From Aulosira sp. ZfuVER01 (GTDB taxonomy: Bacteria; Cyanobacteriota; Cyanobacteriia; Cyanobacteriales; Nostocaceae), in NCBI GenBank assembly GCA_034530615.2, contig JAVRCV020000061.1:1-64000 (forward strand): 64,000 bases of DNA, written 5' to 3'. A model generated the notes under the pieces. It saw nothing but the letters and a program-made list of their open reading frames with translations, ran no database searches and was not told the origin of the DNA. Positions within the stretch are counted from its first letter, which is position 1. Every line of letters begins with the position of its first letter. Of this stretch, positions 18,177-29,384 are shown piece after piece. A program made the translations under genes and the position numbers.

Positions 18177-19538
18177 TTACACCTTGGTAGCACGATTGAG
18201 ATTACCACTTTCGACATCACGGACTTTCTTACTGCGCCATAATAAACGAATTGGAGTGCCTTTGAATCCTAATTGTTGGCGAAATTGTCGTTCAATATAG
18301 CGGCGATAGTTGTCATTAAAGCGTTTAGCATCGTTGACAAATAAAGCGATCGTTGGGGGTTGGGTACTGACTTGTGTCCCATAATAAATTCTGCCCTGAC
18401 GCCCACCGCGTGATGTGGGTGGGGTATGCCAGCTAACAGCGTCTTCTAGAACTTCGTTAATGACGGCTGTAGTAACTCGGCGTTTGTGTGACTCAGCTGC
18501 TTGATTTACCAAATCTAAGATTTTCTCTACCCGCTGTCCTGTTAAGGCACTGACAAAAATAGTGTCTGCCCATTCGGTAAAATGCAGCCGTGCTTGCATA
18601 TTTTTTTCGTAGTCGTAGATTGTGTAAGAATCTTTTTCGACTGCATCCCACTTATTGACGACAACTATACAAGCGCGACCTTCTTCAAGAATCCGTCCCG
18701 CTAATTTTTGGTCTTGTTCGGTGACTCCATCTAAGGCATCTATGACCATTAACACCACATCAGCACGGCGAATTGCTTTAAAAGCTCGGTTAATACTAAA
18801 GAATTCTGTGCCGTAGTCTATGCTTTTCTTTTTACGAATGCCAGCAGTATCAATCAAACGATAGGTTTGCCCATCTCGTTCGACCACTGTATCAATCGCA
18901 TCACGGGTTGTGCCTGAGATGGGACTAACAATTGCCCTTTCTTCTCCAACGAAAGCATTTAATAAACTAGATTTGCCCACATTTGGGCGTCCGATTATTG
19001 CTACTTTAATTTCGTTATTTTCCGGTACTTCCGTAACCTGGGGAATGTGCTGAATTAACTCATCCAGGAGTTCACCTGTACCGCTACCATGAATTGCGGA
19101 AATGGGGTAAGGTTCGCCTAATCCTAATTGCCAAAATTCCGCAGCTTGGATTAAGCCTTGTTCGGGGGATTCACATTTATTAACAGCCAACAGGACAGGT
19201 ACAGATTGTTGGCGTAACCACGCAGCAATTTCTTCATCAGCGTGTGAGGGGCCTGTTTGTCCATCGACTACAAAAATCGCAGCACTTGCTTCGGTGAGTG
19301 CTGTCATCGCTTGTTGACGAATCAGGGGTAAAAATTCAGTGTCATCATTAAAGACCAAGCCACCTGTATCCACCACCAAAAACTCGCGATCGCTCCAGTA
19401 AGATGGCAGATAAGTGCGATCGCGCGTCACTCCTGGTTCGTCATGGACAATCGCCGTTTGTGCCCCGGCGAGACGATTAACCAGGGTAGATTTGCCCACA
19501 TTTGGGCGTCCGATAATAGCAACAATTGGCAATCCCAT
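18177..19538 (-). CDS. der: Ribosome biogenesis GTPase Der (EngA)
   Basis: Two GRPNVGKS G-domains, DTGG and DTAG, NKWD, C-terminal KH-like GTPIRL. Confidence 0.97.
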   Translation of the reverse strand: MGLPIVAIIGRPNVGKSTLVNRLAGAQTAIVHDEPGVTRDRTYLPSYWSDREFLVVDTGGLVFNDDTEFLPLIRQQAMTALTEASAAIFVVDGQTGPSHADEEIAAWLRQQSVPVLLAVNKCESPEQGLIQAAEFWQLGLGEPYPISAIHGSGTGELLDELIQHIPQVTEVPENNEIKVAIIGRPNVGKSSLLNAFVGEERAIVSPISGTTRDAIDTVVERDGQTYRLIDTAGIRKKKSIDYGTEFFSINRAFKAIRRADVVLMVIDALDGVTEQDQKLAGRILEEGRACIVVVNKWDAVEKDSYTIYDYEKNMQARLHFTEWADTIFVSALTGQRVEKILDLVNQAAESHKRRVTTAVINEVLEDAVSWHTPPTSRGGRQGRIYYGTQVSTQPPTIALFVNDAKRFNDNYRRYIERQFRQQLGFKGTPIRLLWRSKKVRDVESGNLNRATKV

Positions 19539-19553
19539 AAACGAGAGGGTAAC

Positions 19554-19581
19554 GTAGAGACGTAATATATCATGTCTCTAC
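19554..19581. repeat. Short REP-like palindrome
   Basis: gtagagac-gtaatatatcat-gtctctac. Confidence 0.65.
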
Positions 19582-19694
19582 ATTTTAGCTACTTTAAGTC
19601 TTTATTTAATTTATTAATCGCCAAGATAAATCATAGCCAAATTTGGAAATACTACGTCAAAACATCTGGCCGTCGCGTTAATGGAGATTGCGCC

Positions 19695-20564
19695 TTGAGA
19701 AGTCGTAAGTGGCTCAAAAACACCAGCAAATCAAGCTTTCGATGCTTAAGATGGGTTCTTGTGTTGGTAATTTGTACTTTATTATACGCCAGGGTAATTG
19801 AACCTAATTGGATAGATATCAATTCTTTGCAATTAACCCTACCGCATTTATCACCAGAATTTAATGGCTATCGCATTGTCCAAATCAGCGATATTCATCG
19901 CGATCAATTGATGAGTTCGCGGCATTTAACACGTATTGTTAACCTAGTTAATCGGCAAAAGCCAGATTTAGTAGCAATTACAGGTGATTTAGTCACTCGG
20001 AATTTGCCTACATACATTCCTACTCTCCAGGTTCCTCTAAGTCAACTGCAACCCCAGGATAAAACTGTGGCTGTTTTGGGTAATCATGACTATGAGAATG
20101 ACTCAGATGCAATCATCCAAACAATAGAACAAAGCGGTATCCTCCACCTGGGGAACTATGTTTACACCCTCAAGCGGGGTAGTGCAATGCTGCATATTGC
20201 TGGTGTAGATGATATCAGCGCCGGAAAAGACCGCTTAGATTTAGTATTACAACAGTTACCAAAGGAAGGAGCAGCAATTTTATTAGCACATGAGCCAGAT
20301 TTTGCTGATATTAGCGCTGCGACAAAACGGTTTGATTTGCAACTATCAGGACATTCCCACGGTGGACAAATACGTTTACCTTTTTTCGGATCGCTGATAT
20401 TACCACCTCTGAGTAAAAAGTATTATTCAGGACGCTATCAAGTAGGAGAAATGATTCAATATACCAATCGCGGAATTGGGATGAGTGGAGTGCATCTGCG
20501 ATTGGGTGCGCGTCCTGAGATTACTGTGTTCACTTTAGTTGCACCTAGTGAGGGAACAAAATAG
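19695..20564 (+). CDS. Calcineurin-like metallophosphoesterase (YkuE-like)
   Basis: SDIH, TGD, GNHD, LAHEPD, SGHSHGGQ; start probably TTG 19695 (ggag upstream), because the ATG at 19572 lies inside a REP palindrome. Confidence 0.85.
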   Translation: MRSRKWLKNTSKSSFRCLRWVLVLVICTLLYARVIEPNWIDINSLQLTLPHLSPEFNGYRIVQISDIHRDQLMSSRHLTRIVNLVNRQKPDLVAITGDLVTRNLPTYIPTLQVPLSQLQPQDKTVAVLGNHDYENDSDAIIQTIEQSGILHLGNYVYTLKRGSAMLHIAGVDDISAGKDRLDLVLQQLPKEGAAILLAHEPDFADISAATKRFDLQLSGHSHGGQIRLPFFGSLILPPLSKKYYSGRYQVGEMIQYTNRGIGMSGVHLRLGARPEITVFTLVAPSEGTK

Positions 20565-20744
20565 CGATCGCACTTCAAAACTAAATCAATTCTGCTTCTT
20601 CAAAAATCTGCCTAAATGTTAATACCAAACCAGGAAATAACTCATCAACAATAGGCATATAAGGTGAGTTTGTTTCCTGTGGTTGCCTTAACCATAAAAA
20701 GTCACACAATTACCTGATGCCATTATTTTAAGCTACTAATAGAC

Positions 20745-21212
20745 TTATTGATTAGCAGGAATTAATACTGGGCCGTTATCAATAACTTGATATCTAGCTT
20801 CTCTAGTAAAAATTACTCGACAATTGACACCGCCATAATTTTGACAGGTTTGAATTGCATAACGTGCAGCAATTGACCTACCCCTGCCAGGATGATTGGT
20901 ATCATATCCCCAGCCGGTACCATAAGCGCCATTAGAACCAATTGCTAAAGCTCCCCAAGCATTTTTAAACCATAGTGGAACTTTGCAATCTTTGGCTTGA
21001 GATTGTTGCTGACAATTATAAATAGCGCTACGTTCGGCTTCTTGGCGTGATAAACCTGTCGCTCCTGTGGTAACTCTGGTAGAGGGAGAATAAGCGATCG
21101 CACCAAATAAATCTGGTTTAGACTGAGCTTGGGCAACTTGTGCTAAACCAGGCAAAATTGATAATGCTGCGGCTACTGCTAAGAAACTCTTTTTAATTGT
21201 ATTTGCCAACAT
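20745..21212 (-). CDS. Secreted DUF4189-like protein
   Basis: Signal peptide AQA-Q; FGAIAYS, AERSAIYNC, CKV.LWFKNAWGALA; duplicated Cys-containing halves. Confidence 0.7.
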   Translation of the reverse strand: MLANTIKKSFLAVAAALSILPGLAQVAQAQSKPDLFGAIAYSPSTRVTTGATGLSRQEAERSAIYNCQQQSQAKDCKVPLWFKNAWGALAIGSNGAYGTGWGYDTNHPGRGRSIAARYAIQTCQNYGGVNCRVIFTREARYQVIDNGPVLIPANQ

Positions 21213-21269
21213 AATTTTTAAGTGAACTATAGTTGTGAACTACAGTTCTATATGTAGGCATTCCAGAAA

Positions 21270-21950
21270 TTATGCAGTTTGTTCTGGTTCTTTTGTTACC
21301 TGCTGTCCAATTTTTGGTTCAGTTCCAGCCAGCAGCCGTTCAATATTACTGCGGTGACGGAAAACCACATACAACCCACCGAAAAAAGCATAGAGGATGC
21401 AAGCTAGAGGTTGATGGAAAACTATCATAAAAATTGTCACAGCGATCGCACCTGCAATCGAACTCAAGGAGACAATACGCGATATGGCTACAACAACGGC
21501 AAATACACAGGCTGTTGCTAAACCTACTTGCCAACTAATCGCCAACAAAGTCCCTAAACCTGTAGCGACAGATTTACCACCACTAAAGCCTAAAAAAATT
21601 GATTTGCTGTGTCCCAAGACGGCTGCAAACCCAGCTAAAATTACTAACCAAGGTTGCCACAGCGTTTCATCTACCGTACGGGGGATAAATTCGTGGATTG
21701 GGGCAAAGTTGAATAACTGATAAACTAGAGCGATCGCTAATACTCCCTTCAAGCAATCAATTAATAACACAAATGCCCCAGGCCCTTTACCCAAGGTTCT
21801 GAGAACATTAGTAGCGCCAGTTGAACCAGAACCAACTTCCCGAATATCAATACCCTTTAACTGCTTCACAGCAATGTAGCCTGTAGGGAAAGAACCCAGT
21901 AGGTAGGCTACAACTAAAACTACACCACATAAAGTTAACCAAATAGCCAT
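21270..21950 (-). CDS. plsY: Glycerol-3-phosphate acyltransferase PlsY
   Basis: AYLLGSFP, DIREVGSGSTGATN, GHSKSIFLGFSGGKSVAT, RHRSNIERL; ATG at 21950. Confidence 0.95.
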   Translation of the reverse strand: MAIWLTLCGVVLVVAYLLGSFPTGYIAVKQLKGIDIREVGSGSTGATNVLRTLGKGPGAFVLLIDCLKGVLAIALVYQLFNFAPIHEFIPRTVDETLWQPWLVILAGFAAVLGHSKSIFLGFSGGKSVATGLGTLLAISWQVGLATACVFAVVVAISRIVSLSSIAGAIAVTIFMIVFHQPLACILYAFFGGLYVVFRHRSNIERLLAGTEPKIGQQVTKEPEQTA

Positions 21951-22030
21951 AAACAATTCAAAATTCAAAATTCAAAATTCAAAAGCCAAGAGGTATGACT
22001 CTTGACTTTTCAGTAATGACCATTGACTAA

Positions 22031-23326
22031 TTAAAAATCATCATCATAGTTTCTCATCATTTTGGGGTCAGGGGCAAAGGCTAACCACAAAGGGAATTGC
22101 AGTAGTGCTAGGCTAATTTGGTCTTCAGAATCATCAATGATAATTAAAGGCATTTGATTTGCTTTCACTAATCGGTCGGCTTTCTGCGCTAAAGCTTCCG
22201 GTGCTTCAAATAATACCACCCCTCGATCGGGCCCGAAGTCTGGACGACCGATTCCTAAGCAGTCTTGCAAGCCACGCCGCCATTCACCTAAGCGTTCTGG
22301 TGTATTAGCTAATACTAGAGTGCGGACGCGATCGCCATACAATTTGTTGAGTATGGAAATCACCGCCGAAGAAATCAAGATATTCTGCAAGCGGCTACCC
22401 ATTGTCCGCAAAGCACCGCGTCCGCCTTGGCTGAAAAACCAGTTAGAAACTCTTTCCGCATGGACTGGTTCAAAGGTGCGGCGCAGTTGCCATGCAGGGC
22501 CATAGTAATCTGGTTTGTTGCGATATTGATCGATTAGACGGCGAATTTGCTTTGTAGTATCTTGAAACTGCTGTTGGGCAAATTGTGGGATATCTGACTG
22601 TGATTCAGCTGGCTTCACCTCTTTCACAGCTATTGGTTTTTCACGTTCAATCACAGGTGGTACTAGTTGCAACTGCTCTGCGGCTGCGGCTAAATCCTGT
22701 AAGCTGCCTGTGAGATAATCTTTAAAACCCTGTACCCGAATCGCCAAATCTTGAGATGTGCCCGCAAAAGTGGTACGCATTTCATTACGGATGCGTTCTT
22801 GACGGCGTTCTAACTGTTCTACAGAAATTTGCAGCGTTTGTTTGCGTTGTTCTAACTGCGTTAGTGACTCTTGCACAAGTCGTCCCAAGGTTAATTGAGT
22901 GTCGCCAACTTGTGCTTGAAGAGTTTTGTAAGTTCCTTGCAGGTTGGCTATTTCCGCTTCTAGAGCCTCTTTGGTGCTTTGTAAATCTGCAACTTGTTGT
23001 GCTGCTTGTGCGTATAGGGAATTATTTTCTGATTCTGAGTCTATTTCTGACACCAGCGCCACGGTTTCGGGTTCTAACTGCGTAACTAACTCAACAGTTG
23101 CATCTGCTGGTGGCTCAACTGTAGAACTTTCTCCTTCTGCAAGGGAAATCGGCAATTCAACAGGTGCGTCATTTTGTAGTGTGTCAACGAATAAACTCTG
23201 TGCTTCTGTTTCCACCTCTGACTCAACAGATGAGTGTTCTGAATCTTCTACTTTAGGGTTTTCTTCTTGTATTTGTGCCAACCACTCATCAATCGATTCT
23301 GGGGTTTGAGATTCCTCTGGGTTCAT
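22031..23326 (-). CDS. DUF3086-like cyanobacterial coiled-coil protein
   Basis: Acidic N-terminus, coiled coil, conserved-looking PDYYGPAWQLRRTF and PERLGEWRRGLQDCLG; sits next to plsY. Confidence 0.75.
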   Translation of the reverse strand: MNPEESQTPESIDEWLAQIQEENPKVEDSEHSSVESEVETEAQSLFVDTLQNDAPVELPISLAEGESSTVEPPADATVELVTQLEPETVALVSEIDSESENNSLYAQAAQQVADLQSTKEALEAEIANLQGTYKTLQAQVGDTQLTLGRLVQESLTQLEQRKQTLQISVEQLERRQERIRNEMRTTFAGTSQDLAIRVQGFKDYLTGSLQDLAAAAEQLQLVPPVIEREKPIAVKEVKPAESQSDIPQFAQQQFQDTTKQIRRLIDQYRNKPDYYGPAWQLRRTFEPVHAERVSNWFFSQGGRGALRTMGSRLQNILISSAVISILNKLYGDRVRTLVLANTPERLGEWRRGLQDCLGIGRPDFGPDRGVVLFEAPEALAQKADRLVKANQMPLIIIDDSEDQISLALLQFPLWLAFAPDPKMMRNYDDDF

Positions 23327-23447
23327 AAACAATAGTGTAATTCCTATGACGCGAATAAATAGCTTTCAGAAATATACAATTGACCTGCGCTAAAAGTCCT
23401 GAGTAGTCTATGCTGAATCCTTACGTCTGCATCTAAAATAATCAATG

Positions 23448-23834
23448 CTAAATACGCGGACAACGTTCTTCCAGGCAGGCTTTCAGGGTATTGGGGTCAA
23501 ATAAAATCGGCAAAAAGTGAATGCTTTTGATTTCTTTAAAATAAAACAGTAGAGGAATTCCATTCCAAAAAATCCGCCAATTTTGCCATTCCTGATAGGG
23601 AAACCGCCGAATTAGTTTTTCACCTCTGCAAATATCTAAGTCAGTAGCAGTAAACTGTAACCGCAATGTAACTGCCTGAAACATGAGGAACAACCCAAAC
23701 AATGCGATAAAGCCCCCTACCAGAGGTTGAACTAACAGCATTGGAATAGAGGCAATTACCAAAACTACAGGGATATTGTAGCTAGGTTTGAGTTCCACTG
23801 TAGATGTGGAGTTAGGTGCAAATGAACTAGTCAT
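23448..23834 (-). CDS. DUF3119-like membrane protein
   Basis: RRFPYQEWQNWRIFW, LFYFKEIKSIHFLPILFD. Confidence 0.75.
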   Translation of the reverse strand: MTSSFAPNSTSTVELKPSYNIPVVLVIASIPMLLVQPLVGGFIALFGLFLMFQAVTLRLQFTATDLDICRGEKLIRRFPYQEWQNWRIFWNGIPLLFYFKEIKSIHFLPILFDPNTLKACLEERCPRI

Positions 23835-23994
23835 ACCAATTTTGGATTGTTGATTTTGGATTGGAAATACTCATCCTTGGTCTTACATTCTCAAATCCTA
23901 CTTTGCTAGTAGACACATTTCCTATTTTAAGATTTCGCGGGTTCAGAGGCGCGGTATCAGAGAGTTATGGCGAGGATTGTTGATAGCTTTGAGA

Positions 23995-24792
23995 TTAGAT
24001 ACCTTTGAGCAATGCACTGCCAGTACCCTGAAACATTAACCAAGAAAGGAAGAAGTTACTCACAAATATAATCAGCAAGGCTGTAACAACAGCAGTTGTA
24101 GTTGATTGTCCAACTCCTTTGGCTCCTCCTGTTGTCGTCAGCCCCCAGCTACAACCAATGACAGCAATCAAAATGCCAAAGCAAAATGCCTTGATTAAGG
24201 CACTACAAATATCCCAGACACCAAGCAGGTTACGTGCTGAGTCGAGAAATGTAGTATCGGAAATGCTGTACAAATTCGATGCAATTACCAATCCCCCCAA
24301 CATCCCTGTCACCAAAGACAAAAGAGTTAAAATTGGCAGCATTAAGCAGCAAGCCAAGACACGGGGAATAACTAGGTAATCAATTGGGTCGGTTTTTAAC
24401 ATCAGCAGGGCATCAATTTGCTCTGTTACCCGCATAGTACCAATTTCAGCCGCAAATGCCGAACCAACTCGTCCTGCCAAAATCACTGCTGTCAGTACGG
24501 GCGAGAGTTCTCTGGTTAAGGCTACCGCCAGCACACCGCCGACGAGATTTCCTGCCCCAAAGTTAATAAATTCTCGCGCTACCTGAATGGTAAACACTGC
24601 GCCAACAAAAATAGCCGTTAATAGGGCAATAAAAAGAGAATCTGGCCCAACTGCTGCCATTTGCTCTTTCGTATTTCGCCAATGAATTTTGACCTTTAGT
24701 AGGTGAACTAGTACTTGTCCACCCAGGAAAATCGCCGCCAGCAACCGCTGACTCCATGCTCCTAAACTGGATTTGGATGTAGTCTCACTCAA
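23995..24792 (-). CDS. mlaE: MlaE-family lipid ABC transporter permease (Ycf63/TGD1-like)
   Basis: RELSPVLTA, GRVGSAFAAEIGTMRVTEQIDAL, GGAKGVGQSTT. Confidence 0.92.
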   Translation of the reverse strand: MSETTSKSSLGAWSQRLLAAIFLGGQVLVHLLKVKIHWRNTKEQMAAVGPDSLFIALLTAIFVGAVFTIQVAREFINFGAGNLVGGVLAVALTRELSPVLTAVILAGRVGSAFAAEIGTMRVTEQIDALLMLKTDPIDYLVIPRVLACCLMLPILTLLSLVTGMLGGLVIASNLYSISDTTFLDSARNLLGVWDICSALIKAFCFGILIAVIGCSWGLTTTGGAKGVGQSTTTAVVTALLIIFVSNFFLSWLMFQGTGSALLKGI

Positions 24793-25257
24793 TGTTTTGT
24801 AGCTAACTCGGTAACTGCCTTAAGAATAGCGAAAGTCAATGGTCAATAGTCAAGGGTTAAGAGTTAAAAGGCAATAGGTAAGAATCATTGGGCATTGGGC
24901 ATTAGGCATGGGGCATTGGACAATAATTTATTTTCTCCTCATCCCCCTCATCCTCCTGTCCCTAGGGTGAAACATTAACTTAGTTTAAAGGTCATCTCAG
25001 AAAATTAAGGCTACGTCCACGACGGTTTATATTAATTTATGAGGAAAGCTATTGAGCAAACACTTTATCTAGCAAGGGTTTTGCCGATTTCATCTCTGAC
25101 CTTTGCTGGAATTATTTAACGTGGACAATAGCAGATTTTTTTAATGAAAACTTAAGATTTTTGACATCTTCGTTGCTCTGGAGCGATCGCACGTATTGTA
25201 GAGAATGACATATTGCTATTCGGCTATTGTCCACTTTCACCACGGAGTGTCGTCTAA

Positions 25258-25554
25258 ATGACTGTTTTCACTAACTTTCTCCGTTCTCTGCTGCTCACGA
25301 CTATTTTTAGCTTTGTTGTACCGATGTTTTTAGTCGGTGGCTTTTTGCTTCTCTTATCTCTTATCGGTCACATTCCCGGTTTACAAGGGATAACTGAGGC
25401 GATCGCTACTCAAATTATACATTTTCTCGCTACTTTTGGTAGCGGTACTCCTCTGCGTGGCTTAGTTGTAATTAGCGTGACTTGTAGTTTTGTGGGAGCG
25501 CTGTTTGATGTTTACGCTTATTATCGGTGTCAAATTTTACGGATTGATTCCTGA
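25258..25554 (+). CDS. Hypothetical small membrane protein
   Basis: 98-aa ORF, ggag RBS, two hydrophobic segments, FLATFGSG motif. Confidence 0.65.
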   Translation: MTVFTNFLRSLLLTTIFSFVVPMFLVGGFLLLLSLIGHIPGLQGITEAIATQIIHFLATFGSGTPLRGLVVISVTCSFVGALFDVYAYYRCQILRIDS

Positions 25555-26053
25555 GTAATGTCAATCAGTTTGTTAGGCGTTTACTTGCTGCTAAAGCTAT
25601 ATAAGGATATTGCTATTCCTAAAATTTAGATGTAGGAACTGGCATTGGTGAATTTTGATTAATTAAATTCAGTAGACCAATGAAAAATTGGTTAAAAGTA
25701 ATTATGTCTTAGTCATCTGTCAAGCTTACGCTTGTTGAGGTTGCATTATTTCTATTTTAAACTTTAGATTCTGCGCAGCAGTATTGTAGTCCTAAGCTAT
25801 TAACGTATGAATTACTACGACTCAAAGCACCGATTCCAGGTGCTTTTAACAATTTGAATACACAATAAACTTACAGTCTATTCTTCAGGCTAAATTTGGG
25901 ATGATAATACCAAATCAACATCTAGATAAATATAAAAAATTTCTTAAAATTATTGGTAGCATCATGCCTGTGCCGTTTTTGTGTAGAGCAAAGCAGGTCG
26001 TCTGACCTCTTGAGATCTTATATTGAGTGTATTACGAGGTTTTATGACTGCAT

Positions 26054-26875
26054 ATGGTTTGGCCCTTTAAGCCCAGGTTTAGTAAACAAATTGCTCGGAT
26101 TGAAATTACTGGTGCAATATCCAGCGCTACTCGCAAACGTGTGCTAGAAGCACTAAAAACAGTAGAGGAAAAAAAATTTCCAGCATTACTGCTACGGATT
26201 GATAGTCCTGGCGGAACAGTGGGGGATTCTCAAGAAATATACAGCGCCCTGAAACGCCTGCGGGATAAAATGAAAATTGTTGCCAGCTTTGGCAATATTT
26301 CGGCTTCTGGCGGTGTCTACATTGGCATGGGAGCCGAACACATCATGGCAAACCCAGGGACAATTACTGGCAGTATTGGTGTCATTCTGCGGGGAAATAA
26401 TTTAGAACGATTGCTAGACAAAATTGGGATTTCCTTCAAGGTAATTAAATCTGGCCCTTACAAAGATATTTTGGCATTCGACCGAGAACTGACGGAACCA
26501 GAACAAAATATTCTGCAAGAGTTGATAGATATCAGTTATCAGCAGTTTGTACAAACAGTCGCTGAAGCCCGTTCTTTAGCGGTAGAAACTGTGAAAAGTT
26601 TTGCGGATGGTCGGATTTTTACTGGACAGCAAGCCTTAGAGTTAGGAGTCGTAGATCGTTTGGGAACAGAGGAAGATGCACGGCGGTGGACAGCAGAACT
26701 AGCCGGACTCGATCCTGAAAAAACACCGTGCTTCACCCTAGAAGAACCTAAACCTTTTTTAAGTAGATTTTTACCAGGAAGTCGTCAGGTGTCATCAGGA
26801 ATTGGGGCTGGTATTGACTGGTTGGAATTTGAAGTGTCTACCAGTGGTTTACCGCTGTGGTTATATCGACCATAA
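26054..26875 (+). CDS. sppA: Signal peptide peptidase SppA (S49)
   Basis: RIDSPGG, ASGGVY, TGSIGV, KSGPYKD, DGRIFTG. Confidence 0.93.
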   Translation: MVWPFKPRFSKQIARIEITGAISSATRKRVLEALKTVEEKKFPALLLRIDSPGGTVGDSQEIYSALKRLRDKMKIVASFGNISASGGVYIGMGAEHIMANPGTITGSIGVILRGNNLERLLDKIGISFKVIKSGPYKDILAFDRELTEPEQNILQELIDISYQQFVQTVAEARSLAVETVKSFADGRIFTGQQALELGVVDRLGTEEDARRWTAELAGLDPEKTPCFTLEEPKPFLSRFLPGSRQVSSGIGAGIDWLEFEVSTSGLPLWLYRP

Positions 26876-27072
26876 ATAGGCAATCAATATTTGGATTTGA
26901 AATTTGCGTTTTTAGCTTTGTACCATCAGCTAGCAGAGAGGGATGAATCGAAAAACCTCAATCCAAAATCCAAAATCTAAAATTGGCACGGTCAATAGTC
27001 AGAGGTAAATCAACAGTGGTAAAAACAATAAAGTTAGAAATGAAAGTTGAGCTAATTTAAGGAGGATTGGGC

Positions 27073-27486
27073 GTGGAGTGTCGAATGCGGGCTATTCGTG
27101 GAGCAACAACCGTTTCAGAAAATACAACTGAGGCGATTAGAGAAGCGGTAACAGAACTACTAGATGAATTGGAAAACCGGAATCATCTCCAACCAAAAGA
27201 TATTATCAGTGTTACGTTCTCGGTGACACGGGATTTGGATGCGATTTTTCCAGCTGCGATCGCCAGAACACGTCCTGCTTGGGATGGTGTGGCAATGTTG
27301 GATGTGCAGCAAATGCACGTCGAGGGCAGCTTACAGCACTGTATCCGCTTTTTAATCCACGTCTACCTGCCAGCCTCCGCACCAATTTACCATACATATT
27401 TACGTCACGCTGCCAACCTGCGTCCTGACTGGAGTTTACCCCAACCGTTACCAGAATCGCCGCAAGTAGTAGAATCAAAAGTCTAA
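27073..27486 (+). CDS. aroH: AroH-class chorismate mutase
   Basis: RAIRGAT, DLDAIFPA, QQMHVEGSL, LRPD; GTG start after ggagga. Confidence 0.93.
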   Translation: MECRMRAIRGATTVSENTTEAIREAVTELLDELENRNHLQPKDIISVTFSVTRDLDAIFPAAIARTRPAWDGVAMLDVQQMHVEGSLQHCIRFLIHVYLPASAPIYHTYLRHAANLRPDWSLPQPLPESPQVVESKV

Positions 27487-27691
27487 ACTATGCACGTAAA
27501 TTAGTCGATGAAATAATCTACGCTTAAAATACAAGGACTGAGATTAGAAATAAAAAAATAAAAGCCTGAAAATAGTACTAAGTGCTATATGGCAAGAGAA
27601 AGATTTTTTAATTCTCTTGAGTTTCATTTTATAAATTTATCACTCAGCACTTTTTAAACAGCTTTAATTTAAAACGACTGGTTTAAATAAC

Positions 27692-27731
27692 AAAAAAGTC
27701 TTGGGTTTGCTAACCAAGGCTTTTATTTTTT
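27692..27731. terminator. Putative bidirectional terminator between convergent aroH and CHAT genes
   Basis: A-run, aagtcttgg/ccaaggctt stem, T-run. Confidence 0.55.
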
Positions 27732-27815
27732 ATCAGATGCTGCGAAATTCCCAACTTGTTCAAAAAGTCGGGAATCTTAGTTTTATATTACATACTGCCG
27801 ACAAAATTTATCTAA

Positions 27816-29351
27816 CTAATTCCAGTTACCAATTACGGTAAATGCCGACCAAAAATAAGGATGAGATAAAGTAACATTTTCTGCCACATCTAAATCTGGA
27901 GGTAGAGACACGAAATTGTTTTCCGACAGACGTAATTTGCCATCTTGTATCCGAACTTCTCCTTTGAGCATTGCTAATTGAGCTTGCCTAAGTGCTAGAG
28001 ACCTTAAGGAAGTAGCCTTCAACTCATTGTAAAATTTAGTCATCAATGCTAGAGAGCCTTCATCGCTGACATACCAAAGACTACCAAGCGCTGTTTTGAC
28101 TCCTGCTTGGACTGCTAAACCAGCAAATCCTAATTCGGCCTCGTTGTTACCTAAGGCTGTTGTACAGGCACTCAAAACTAACATTTCAACTTTCGGATTA
28201 GCACTCCATTTTAATTCCTGAGATAAGGTTCTCAGCTGATTCAAGCGAATTTTTTCATTCCACAACTGAATATAAGATTTGGTAAGTTCTCCAGGATTAA
28301 ATTGCCCATGAGTTGCTAAATGAATAATCCCAAAACGCTGTTTGCTGCTAACAGATTTGAGATTTTCTATTGTAGATGCTTTATTTAATAATGCTTGAGC
28401 CTGACCCGACCAAATTTTGGTAGCTAATGTATTTACTTCTACACCTGCAAATGGTAGCGGTACTTGGTCTTCTGTACTTTCTGAGACTCCCATTGCCAAA
28501 ACTTCGGATTTAGCAATCGGGGCATAACGAGTATCTGTGAGGCTGAAACTAGGTATGAGTGCAACACCATATTTTTCAATGATGAACTGTTTGCCATCAT
28601 GCAAAGCAGCAATAGGAATAGAGCGCAAACCGCTATCCATTGAAAAGATTAAAGTGTTGATTTTGTTAGCTTGTAAAGTAGGTTCAAAAGGAGCAACTAT
28701 CCAACGATAAAGTTGTTGAGAAGGCACTAGATAATTGTTTTTCTCATTTCTATAATTAGTGATTTTAGAACGAAATTGTTGAGCAACTTTTTGGACATTA
28801 CTGTGTTTTGCTTCTAAAATATCTTTGCGGATAGGTTGAATGTTATCTGATGCACTGTTGAGACATTTAGAATTGCTGGAAGATGTTTGTGTAGCTCCAC
28901 TAGGAAGGACGAGAATGAGGTTAAGTTTGTCTTTTAAAGAAGCTACATAAAGCAGAGCCGCATTTTGCCCTGTTTGCTGACAAAGGTTTTTTAAGGTTTG
29001 CGCAATATCTGAAGTTGAAGCAACTTCTCCAAATAATTGCGTACCAAATCTTTCGCCAATTTCTATTGCTTGCAACTCTTCAAATTGCTCAATAGCTTGT
29101 TCAACAGGTGCTGATTCAAAACTCTTATCAAATGCGGTTCGATCTATTTCTACGTTATTACTGCCTGTAGTATCATCTGGGAAAGCCTCTTGAGGATCGG
29201 GGCCAGTGATATCAGAAGGATTGACAATTTCCTGAGGATCGGAACCACCATTATCTGATTGATTTGCTGATTGAGCATAAACAGATTTAAAGAAAATTAA
29301 AACTAAAGCAACTGATAATAAAATTGCCAAAAATGAACGAGGTAATTTCAT
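27816..29351 (-). CDS. CHAT (caspase-like) domain protein with signal peptide
   Basis: Catalytic HLATHG and VLSACTTA; LGSLWYVSD; HPYFWSAFTVIGNW; N-terminal signal ending VYA-Q. Confidence 0.88.
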   Translation of the reverse strand: MKLPRSFLAILLSVALVLIFFKSVYAQSANQSDNGGSDPQEIVNPSDITGPDPQEAFPDDTTGSNNVEIDRTAFDKSFESAPVEQAIEQFEELQAIEIGERFGTQLFGEVASTSDIAQTLKNLCQQTGQNAALLYVASLKDKLNLILVLPSGATQTSSSNSKCLNSASDNIQPIRKDILEAKHSNVQKVAQQFRSKITNYRNEKNNYLVPSQQLYRWIVAPFEPTLQANKINTLIFSMDSGLRSIPIAALHDGKQFIIEKYGVALIPSFSLTDTRYAPIAKSEVLAMGVSESTEDQVPLPFAGVEVNTLATKIWSGQAQALLNKASTIENLKSVSSKQRFGIIHLATHGQFNPGELTKSYIQLWNEKIRLNQLRTLSQELKWSANPKVEMLVLSACTTALGNNEAELGFAGLAVQAGVKTALGSLWYVSDEGSLALMTKFYNELKATSLRSLALRQAQLAMLKGEVRIQDGKLRLSENNFVSLPPDLDVAENVTLSHPYFWSAFTVIGNWN

Positions 29352-29384
29352 AATATAGATTTCCCATTTTGAGATAGATCTAAC

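Noticed and set aside
25805..25818. NtcA site (GTA-N8-TAC) upstream of sppA
   Set aside because: Matches the consensus, but there is no TAN3T -10 at the usual distance and such matches arise readily by chance.
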